Positions 11,754-21,822 of a stretch of DNA of 64,000 nt are shown one piece after another. The stretch is from Williopsis jadinii (Eukaryota). Position numbers and translations under genes: made by a program. A model generated the notes under the pieces. It worked only from the letters and a program-made list of their open reading frames with translations. It did no database searches and was not told where the DNA came from. Within the stretch, counting starts at the first letter, position 1, and each line of letters starts with the position of its first letter. The stretch is taken from the NCBI GenBank assembly GCA_024346625.1, contig AP024664.1:4278001-4342000 (forward strand), in the 5' to 3' direction.

Positions 11754-11775
11754 ATGACTCATGACTCATGACTCA
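11754..11775. promoter_or_regulatory. Triple tandem Gcn4/AP-1 site (ATGACTC)x3 upstream of MCX1
   Basis: atgactcatgactcatgactca, ~140 bp upstream of the MCX1 ATG. Confidence 0.55.
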
Positions 11776-11903
11776 AACTGTTTGATTCTACTATGAAGAC
11801 AATAAAGAACGTTTACATATGGCATTTATATATAGACAAATCCCTTGATAACAGTACTTTTTTTTATTCCATATAACTATGTACGACAGAGTTGCATGGA
11901 TTA

Positions 11904-14900
11904 TCACAATTCATCATGAACTTCAATTGGTGCGGGGTCTGAACCAATTTGTCTCGAGCTAACCTCTAAGAGTTGTGCTTCGAAGTTTCTCTTAAAAGCA
12001 CTTTCCCTCAACGCGGATATTTCATCATCATAAACGGTCCATTCTGGAATTTGACGACGTGCTCTGTCGAGCTTTGGTTCTTTGGTTAATGGATTATTAC
12101 AAAGATCAATCGTTCTGGCGGTTTTCAAACTTGCATCGTCACACCATGTTTCACACCACAACCAGTCTTGTGGCAAGGAGAAAATCTTAAGGGTTCTCTG
12201 CAAACTGTTTGGAAGGTCTTGATCGAGGTTAGACAGTGATTCAGGATCAGCTGAAAGTATTTGATACTGTTGTCTCAAGATATCGCCTGCATAGATGCTT
12301 CTGAATTTTTTCAAGTCGATCACATATAACGCACTGATGTGATATTTTAAATCGTCCCCGAGTAGTTTCTCCCAGTAACCGTGTTTCCAGAATCTAAAAC
12401 CCTCCATCTCTTTTCTAGAGTCACCCATAGGTGTGTATCCATAGGGTGCCCCCTCTAAGTCAAGGGTAACAAGCTCGTTCATGTCGGTACGGACAATTTG
12501 ATCAGCATCAATGAATATAACTTTATCCAAGCTTTGTGGGAATAAAACATCCAAAAATAGGATCTTGTAACCCCAAATGGTTCTTTGCTTTTCACGTTGA
12601 CCTCTTAACCAAGATGGCCATTTATAGGTGATTAATTCATATTCAAATCCATATTGTTCAGCGAGGTAAGGCAAAAACTCTCTAAAGGTTGGGGACATAT
12701 AGTTATCAATGAGCCAAAACTTTACGGTATGCTTCGTATGACGCATAACGGATACCGTCATTATACTCAATAATCTTTCATAGAGGTGCCCTGAAGCAAC
12801 AGTGAATATGTTGATATCTGCGTGCTTCCCAGTAGTATGTTTTCCACCGAACCAAGAAGACAGGATCCCACCTTTCGACTCCTCACCTGTGACAAGATCA
12901 TTCAGTGAAATGGACTCCTTTCCGGGGTTCTTCTTCACTTGTGGACGAATCTTCACCCCATCAATAGTTAAAATATCAACGTCAACATTGGAAACTGGGG
13001 TTTTGGTATTTGGATCAACAAAAGTGTAAAGAGTTCGTGAATTACCATCCATCAAAGATAGCTCCCATAAACCAGGATTGGCCTTCAGTTGGAAGTATCC
13101 CTCTGCCATCATCACATTTGTATCAGACCCAGGAACGCTAACAGAAAGTCCAGCTGGTGGTTCTTCGTTTGTATAATCAAACAAGTTTCCTTCTATGATA
13201 ATGTTTTCCAGTTCATAAATTCCAGTAACAGTTCCTGTTTTTTTTAGTAAGACATTATCAAGATCTGTAGCTCCTTCTTTTGCCATTACAATCCACGAAG
13301 GATGAACATCCATATCCAGAGTGAAAAGTGTATCTTCAGGAACGTTGTTGAAGGTTACAACAGAATCTTCAACAAAAGACCCATTTTTGAAAGAAACACC
13401 CTTAGGGATGTTTCCCCTATAGAAGCGTTTTATTCCCAATTCGGCTAGATCCTCCTGTGGAACTAAAACAATATCAACAGAAACGAATGGAAGATCTTTC
13501 ACTGCATCAACAAGAGGTAACAGTTTTTGTGTGTATTCATTTATAGGGTCAAAAACGGCCAAAATATTCACTAAACTTTCTTTTTTGTCTCCAAACTTGA
13601 TTGATGGATCCGTTTGGAGTCTTGAAAAGTCAAATCTCGTGATGCGGTTCTCTCCATTGAAATAAGAAGCACTAAGGACACTGGAAAAACTTTCAAACCA
13701 ATCGGACATATCACCATCTTCTTCTATTTCAATGGTGTTTATCAGGTTGATAGCGTTTTTGAGCCTTGTAGTCATTTCATATTCATAAAAACTCTTCAAT
13801 GACTCTGCTCTGGCAATTGTCCCCTTCAAATCAATATAACGTCCATTGAGGAGTATGAATGACTGGGAATCCACACCAATAGAGTCAAGTAAGTATTTAG
13901 TTGATGAGAGTGGTTCTTCATCGTTGTTGAATTGGTGTTCATTGATGATGCTGTTAACAGTCTCAGAAAGATGTTTCAACGAAGCGTGGGAGGCTTGTCT
14001 GAGTTTTCCAATAAATGAAACGTCAGCACCAGTGTGAACCAATCTGACCCTCAGGGCAATTTTCGACTCATCCAAAGATTTGAGTATTTCAGACAACTGT
14101 TCTAGAGCATAAAGCGAGCCAAAATTGGCACCAAAAGTGAGAGTCGGTGTGATACTTCCGTGAGAAGTCTCTGAGAAAGTGAAGACAACATTGGAAAATT
14201 GATGTTCACATTGTCTGACAAACTCTGGGGTAATTATTACTTGTGAAACATCTGCATCGTTCGAAGGAACAAGTAGAAGGTTGCGCGATTCCAAAGAGTC
14301 TTCGTATAGTTTCTCCTTGATGTCTTTCAGGGTTGCAACACTTCTCTGATACACCATCCCAGCTATGAAGTTGTTATCCGCAAACACTTGTCTTGACATT
14401 AGAGAAGCCCAGTTACCATGAAGATCGTAAAACACACCATTAACAATCACACAAGGTCTCTTGACATCAAAATTTTGAACAAATGGCTCGACCAAGGTTG
14501 AAACATAGTCAACGTCATCATAATGCTCTTCTTTTTTCAAATACTTCAAGAACTCAAGAATATCTTCTCTGGTTCCCGTTCTGTAAATTTTATATAGCTG
14601 GTTTGCTAACGAACGGTCCTCCTTAGACTTGATCAGTGGTACAAGACCAATATGTTGTGAAAGCTGATCTCTAGTTATACTATCCACGATATGAATAAAG
14701 TTTGAAACATCCTCTTTGTTCGACAACTCCATGACAAATATAGCAGAATGTAAGTTTGCCTTCACATCAGGTATTTCACCAAACTGAAATCTTTTCAGGA
14801 AATCACCAACATTAGTTGAGTATTCACTATAAACCTCATCTTTCTCAATGTCATTCAAATATACCACAGCACTTTCTAGACCGTGTGGGATTTTGTATCT

Positions 14901-16192
14901 TTTGATTCCTCTAGACTGGGATCCATAAGCTGACAGTAATGCAAACTTTCCAATAACATTTTTAGCGTCAGTAAGATCAACATCCAACTCCTTCAGAAGT
15001 TCAATGAATTTCACCTCTGTTTTGAGTTGCTTGTATAAATCAAAAATATTAGATCTCACAGAATTTAGCGGAGCTCCATTGAGAAAAATACCCGTGCTTG
15101 AAGACGTTATTCCCAGCTTTTCGTTGTATTCCATTTGAGCAAAGATATCTTCGTTTATTTCCTGATCTGAGAGATAAGAGGCAAACTTGGGAAGATCTTG
15201 GGTCAATTTAAGCAATCTATTGAAAGCATCTGAAGCAGATTTTGAGTCCAAAACAAAGCTGGCTGCTTTCAGATCCAGGCTAGAAAGTTCCCCTTTGGCC
15301 AATGGTTTAATATCGTTATCATATGTATCAAGAAAGGTGTCAGTTTGGTCATCTAAGAGCTTGTCATCTTTCAGAACAATTTGAGGCTCAGATCCAGTAA
15401 GCTCTCTATCATCGATCACAATATAATCGGTCCTTTTTAGAGTGAGATCCACACCATAACCGCTTAAGAGTTCTCTCTGTGTATGCGGTTGTGGGGTGTA
15501 TCTCCAGACAAAACGCAGCTTTCCTGACAGAGAGCTCTGATATAAGGTAGAAAGGAATTGCGGGAACTTAGGGTCACTTACTGTACCATACAGAGCAAGA
15601 ACAGGACCCCTATCACCTATCACCCTGTCAAATGGCTCCTGGTCAAAATTTCCCTCTTTGTCAATTTGCAATGCATAAACATCATCTGGTTCACAGTAGA
15701 CCACGCCGTTCAATTCCAGCCATGTCTGTGGTATCTCTCCGCACTTCTTTCGCAAGATATCTGAAAACTTTGGAAGAATTGTTTCATTGTAGTATTTATA
15801 ATGTGCAACAATTCTCGGAGAGTAATACTTAGTTGTGAGTGGAATCTCATAAAGCGAACGTTCTTCTGGTGTTAGAAGGTCGAACACTTCATTGAACAAC
15901 TTTTCATCAGATCTTGTATCAATTGCAGATAAATCTGCCTCATCATCTTCTTCTTCGTTAAAAAGAACATTCGAAACTTTGCTTAATGCAGGTATGAAAT
16001 ATGACTCGTTCTCCGAAGAAACTGTTTCTCTGTTTACGTGTACGTGTTAGCTTTAAGTTCGTGCAATCAACAGGACAAAACTTACAAAAGTAGAAGTTCA
16101 AACGGGGATTTCTCCCAGTTTGCGACCAATTGGATACTTATTTGGGCGAGACCATAACCGAGGGTCAACAAGAAAACCAGAAACTCTCGCAT
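11904..16192 (-). CDS. KRE5: UDP-glucose:glycoprotein glucosyltransferase / Kre5; exon1 16192-16086, intron 16085-16030, exon2 16029-11904 (~1410 aa)
   Basis: GT24 motifs INIFTVASGHLYER, WGYKILFLDVLFP, DADQIVR, NLDQDLPN, WLWCETWC; C-terminal HDEL; signal peptide MREFLVFLLTLGYGLA recovered via a GTAAGT...GCTAAC...CAG intron. Confidence 0.93.
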
Positions 16193-16391
16193 TGATGATG
16201 TGACGAAGGCCTCAGATTCTTGAACGCTTGTATCTCAACGAAACCTCCACCTTATTTTTTTGGCATTTTCTTGTTTTGAAAAGCGCGCATTCATTACTTT
16301 GGGGATGTTCGTAATTATGTGCACCTATCGCCAGCGAAAAGTAGAAAACACCAACGACAATTGATACAGACACAATCAGAATTAGTTAGCA

Positions 16392-18348
16392 TTATTAAAA
16401 TGATACAAATTAAAGGAGCAAAATTACCTTAAAATTTCCTCAGAGTATACCACAATGTAGCTTTTATCCGAAATAAGAGATATTCAAAGCATGAGTTTGA
16501 AATCTTCAATCCTTCCTGAGATATAGTCCTTCATAGTTCGTATGGTATAACTAGAAAAGAGGCATAAAACTGTTTATATCTCAACAACAAAAGATACTTT
16601 GGAAACTCTAATACCACTGGGCACTAGACATGGTCTCTAAAATCAAATATCCTAACCTTCAGCCTGCTCGGATCGGTGGTTCTTCTGAAATAACCTAGGA
16701 TGTTGTTATTTTTATGTATAATTCTCGTTGTCGTTGCCTTAGCAATTTTAGAAATGTAAGGATGTTTCCAATTCTAATAGGCTTTGTTTACACTTTGAAT
16801 TCTTATCAACAAAAAATGACACAAAATGACACAAAACCAATACAACTTTATACACAAATACATAAAGTTAGAAAGATAACAGAATATTGGTCAGAAACAA
16901 AGCATCAAATAATGACAGCGGAAACCTTGGAGGACGTCCCAGGAAAACCCCAAGGGCTCTTCATGGAACCTTCTAACGACGTCCTCAACTTGAGGAAGAA
17001 ACATGAGCGGCTAATCCAGAACCACAGCGGCAACTTCAAACGAATGGAGATACGACATAACAAGAGGACCCACAAATTATTGAGACAGACTAACTGACCT
17101 GTTACGAAAACAAGATACAGAGCATAGAAACCTTCAAGTTCTGTTACGGAATACCCATGCAGGGATTGTAGACTTGTCACAACAGCCGCCATTACCTGAA
17201 CCTGAACCTGAACTTAAACTTGATAATGGAACTATGGCTGATAGAATAAGAGATATGTGAAGAAAAGCAGCACAGGTAGCAGAAAGAGCGTTAGATGAAA
17301 TTAGACATGATGGTGCTTTTGATTATGATCCCAGCTTTGAACACATCATCGATGATAACACCAACGGTTTTAAAGAGAGTGGTGATTCAGTTTATGACCA
17401 ACACCAATATCAGAGACCACAGAACTCGGTTCATAATCCAGGTGGGCTCGAATAGTGTTATGATTAGTGCCATGCTCTCTTTATCGATGCAGAATTACCA
17501 TCTTTTTGTTGCGACAGGGGCAAAGTTTTACTCGGTGACATATTCAAAGAACCTGCACAGTACATGAAGGATATCTTATTGGATCTAATCACATCCAAAT
17601 ATTCTCGAACAATCAGTCCTGTTATTTCATTATCATCCTTAGGTTCTAACAGTACTGGTGATTCGTGAGGTGGAACTTATTCAATGATCAGCAACGGCCG
17701 TTTATTCCATAGAGTTGATGGTTTGATAGCTCAGGAAAATGGAGAAGAGAAGTTGGCTGAAACTCATACACTAAATCCAGGCTTAGCTACAAATCTTCAT
17801 TTTGAATTGATTAGAAGTGTTTTCCAAAATGATTAAGAGGATAATAACCTTGAGGCCTACATTAGGAAGATTGATAAGTTTCTCTCTCAACAAATTAGTT
17901 ATGCACAGCTGTTATACACCGCTAGAGAACTTGTTCAACAGGAAATTACACAGAAGGGGTTAACCAGAAGAGAAATTATCGTTCAATTTGCGAATATTGA
18001 ACCAACAGCACGAACAAACCGAGAACATCAAACTTTCAGAGGTTAAAGAGTTTACCTTGGAGCGCGGAAGCAATAACAACAAAACTAGACTTTAATTTGA
18101 GTACGCACAAAGAAAAGATCTACAGGCGGCTTCACTTTTATCAATATGTGTAAGTGTTTTTTGATTTTTGAGATGTTGTGCTCTTTTATTAATTAAAGGG
18201 CGAGACAAATCTTTTTCATACTAACGGTATTCAAATTAGTATCATTCGAACACTTATACGAAATCTTACCTTACAGTTTAAGAAAAATCTTAAAGCGTTG
18301 ATTTCTTTCGTTCCAAAATTCATCGTTTTATTAATGAGGGATCAAGGC
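16392..18348 (+). mobile_element. Helitron copy A, non-autonomous, internally deleted, 3'-truncated
   Basis: Collinear homology to copies B, C and D; stop-ridden Rep N-terminal remnant (MADRIRD...FCCDRGKV...YSM.NGRLFHRVDG) fused to the helicase C-terminal tail and 3' region. Confidence 0.85.
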
Positions 18349-19574
18349 TGGTCTAATTCTACCAACATATTTACATCATGCACCGCAATTCTTCACAAAA
18401 CAATTACCATTTTGAAAACGTACCACTTTGAATACTTTAGTGAGTATGTCACCCTTCAATTTAAGACAAAAGAAACATAAAATAAAACAAAACCAAACAA
18501 AACATGACAGCACATGTCTTTTGATATCTTTATTTAAAGCTCGTTTCATTTATTTTGGTTTTTCTCTTTTTATTCTTCTTTTTTTTTCTTTTTTATTTTT
18601 ATTCTGTTTCACCCTTTTTAAATTTACTTTTTCCTTCATACATTCACTTAAGATTCGATCAAGAATATTCCATAAACATTACCACCATGATATCATTGCA
18701 TATACAACAAAGACAGTTCAGGAGGACTTGATATCAAACAACACAATCAAATATAACAAATTTGTACTGAAATAAAAGCAAATATGTTCTTATAAAATAT
18801 CACAAAAAAGTTTATTAACTTTAGAGATCTACATCCAATGAATATATCATCAAACATAAACATAAGTATCAGATAAGACATACTTAGTCCATTCTCATGA
18901 TGTCTCATTATGTATTCAGTTAAGAAATTCAAATTACACAGAGCAACAAACTAGACCATATCTGACAATTTAAATATTTCTAGACTTAATGTATCTCCAC
19001 AACGATTTGTCAGATAATTAATATCGAAGGCCGCAACTACTAGCAGTAAAAAGACAGCACATCTCTAATGAGTAAGGACTAATGGTAAGATGCAATCAAT
19101 TAAAATATAAAACGATTCTCCATCTGCTAACACTTTAATATAATCTTACTGCTTGCTGTATTGTGAATCTCAATTCATTCTCTTAAATTTGTTGAAGTTC
19201 CTTACATGGTATGCCTTCTCTTACAAAACAAAAAACACATCATGCGACAATGTTATATTCAGCTGCTCACAAACATTTTAGCATATATAATAAACTCAAA
19301 AAAAATTGTTTTAGAATGAAATATGATCTCACAAGTATGAAGACTATATTTTATATGATCCGAGCATTGAGACTGAAATTGATACAGGAAAGCTTTATAT
19401 GGGAGAAGTTCGTGGTATCTTAATAATTGCGTAAGCATTTCTATGAGAGTGCAGCTGTATAGAAAGACGCATTTAAAAAAAAGTTTGAAACCTGTTCTTT
19501 ATTATGGATGTATTTTATTGTCTGGTCTGCTTTTTTTTTTGTTTGACATGTGTTTCCTATTCTCTTTTGCTTTC

Positions 19575-19622
<48 letters not shown>

Positions 19623-20224
19623 GTTTTTAGTTTTTTTCTTTCTTGTATTGTTTTTCTTTAACTGATTGTATCTGTCTATTGACATAAGACATTTCAAATC
19701 AAGTATAATATATTCGGCTTGTGAAACAGATGGTATAATGAAATAAACCCTTTAACATTTGTGTAAGATCAAATCTTTAGTAGACAAGTTTTCTCATTTT
19801 GAATAAATATATTCAAACTCTGATAGATACCACGTCGTTTAGAGATATAGAAAGTAGAGACCATGGAAATGTGACTAACAATAATGAATTAAAGATTTAT
19901 TTTTTGTTTTATATACCGCCCCAGAAAACTCTGTACTTGATCGAATTGATTCAAGGAAACAGTTCCCAGATTATTTTAAGTTAATCTTTTGCTGTTTTCA
20001 AAAACTGAGAATTGATATTTTGTTTGCTCCTCATATATACGCTTCATTTTATCTGAGAATAAAATAAAACGTTTGGTGATTGGTCTCCTAGGACATGTTG
20101 GCGTGCTATCAAATGTTTTAACTAAAAAAAATTGATAGAGTGAATAGCCATGATAGAGCACTGTCCAATATATATATGAAACTAATGAATGTCTACTTTG
20201 GTGTACTTCAAGCATTTTATCAAA
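18349..20224. other. Very AT-rich gene-free core between inverted Helitron copies
   Basis: No credible ORF; T-rich tracts at 18560-18630 and 19530-19660. Confidence 0.7.
19576..19621 (+). repeat. poly(T) tract ~45 nt
   Basis: Uninterrupted T run. Confidence 0.95.
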
Positions 20225-21816
20225 CAAGTTGACCTGCAGTGCTTAATACAGTGACCGCGATTTGGACTTTCGCGATCGACTTGCAGTGCGCGACCAGTCG
20301 TGGTATTGACTTTAATTCCTTGGTCCTTCGTTTAATGAAATGAGAATTCTTGAAACTAACGAAAGTAACGCCTGAAGAGTCTTCTAAAACTGTAGTCGCA
20401 AGCCTGTGTATAGTATCGATATGGTGGAATGATACTAATTTGAGTACTGTTAGTATGAAAAAGATTTGTCTCGCCCTTTATTTATTAAAGGAGGACATCT
20501 CAAAGACAGAAAAAAACACTTTTGCACATAGTATTGATAAAATTGAAGTGACCTGTAGATCTTTCCTTCACACTGAAATTGAAGTAGGTTCTGCTGTTAT
20601 TGCTTCTGCGTACCAAGGTAAACTCTTGAAGACCTGGTAATTTGATGTTCTCGGTTTGTTAGTGCCGTCAGTTCAATATTCGCAAATTCCACGATAATTT
20701 CTCTTCTGGTTAACCCCTTTTGTGTAATTTCCTGTTGAACAAGTTCTCTAGCGGTGTATAACAGCTGTGCATAACTAATTTGTTGAGAGAGAAACTTATC
20801 AATCTTCATAATGTAGGCCGTCTCGAGTTTATTATACTCTTCATCGTTCTGAAAAACATTTCTAATCAATTCAAAATGAAGATTTGTAGCTAAGCCTGGA
20901 TTTAGTGTATGAGTTTCAGCCAACTTCTCTTCTCCATTTTCCTGAGCTATCAAACCATCAACTCTATTGAATAAATGGCCGTTGATGGTCATTGAATAAG
21001 TTCCACCTCACGAATCACCAGTACTGATTATTCGAGAATATTTGGACGTGATTGGTTCCAATAAGATATCCTTCATGTACTGTGCAGGTTCTTTGAATAT
21101 GTCACCGAGTAAAACTTTGCCCCTGTCGCAACAAAAAGATGGTAATTCAGTAGCGATAAGGAGAGCATAGCAGTAATCACAACACTATTCAAGGCCACCT
21201 CGATGATATACTGAGTTTGGTGGTTTCCGTGATTTCAGCAGTTGTTGTTGTTCATAGGTTGAACTATCATTCTCAGTAAAACCGTTGGTATCATGTTTAA
21301 TGATGTGTTCAAAGTCGGGATCATGGTCAAAAGCACCATCACGTCTAATTTCCTCTAACGACCTTTCTGCTACCTTTGCCGCAGTTCTTGGTCTGCCTCT
21401 TATTCTATCAGTCATAGTTCCACTATCAGGTTCAGGTAACGGCGGCTGTTGTGGTAAGTCTGTGATCTCTACATAGATATTCCATGACAGAACTTGGAGG
21501 TTTCTTAGTTTCGTGTCTTGTTCTCATAGCCGGTCAGTTAGTCTGTCTCATTAATTTGTGGGTCCTCCTGTTGTGTCGTATCTCCATTCGTTTGAAGCTG
21601 CCGCTGTGGTTCTGGATTGGCTGTTGATGTTTCTTCTTTAAGCTTAGGCCTTTTTTTTGTGATTTTTCCACTTTTGTGTATAAAGCTGTATTGGTTTTGT
21701 GTCATTTTGTGTCATTTTGTGTTGATAAGAATTCAAAATGTAAACAATGCCTATTAAATTAGAAACATCCTAACATTTTTACTATTGCTGGGGCAACTGA
21801 GAACTAGAATTACAGA
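20225..21816 (-). mobile_element. Helitron copy B, non-autonomous, intact 3' end, 5'-truncated
   Basis: Inverted match to copy A with the same internal deletion; 3' end ...GTCAACTTG|T shared with copy C. Confidence 0.87.
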
Positions 21817-21822
21817 TATCTA

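Noticed and set aside
18298..20227. Short ORFs in the AT-rich core
   Set aside because: Low-complexity Phe/Lys-rich translations of T/A tracts.
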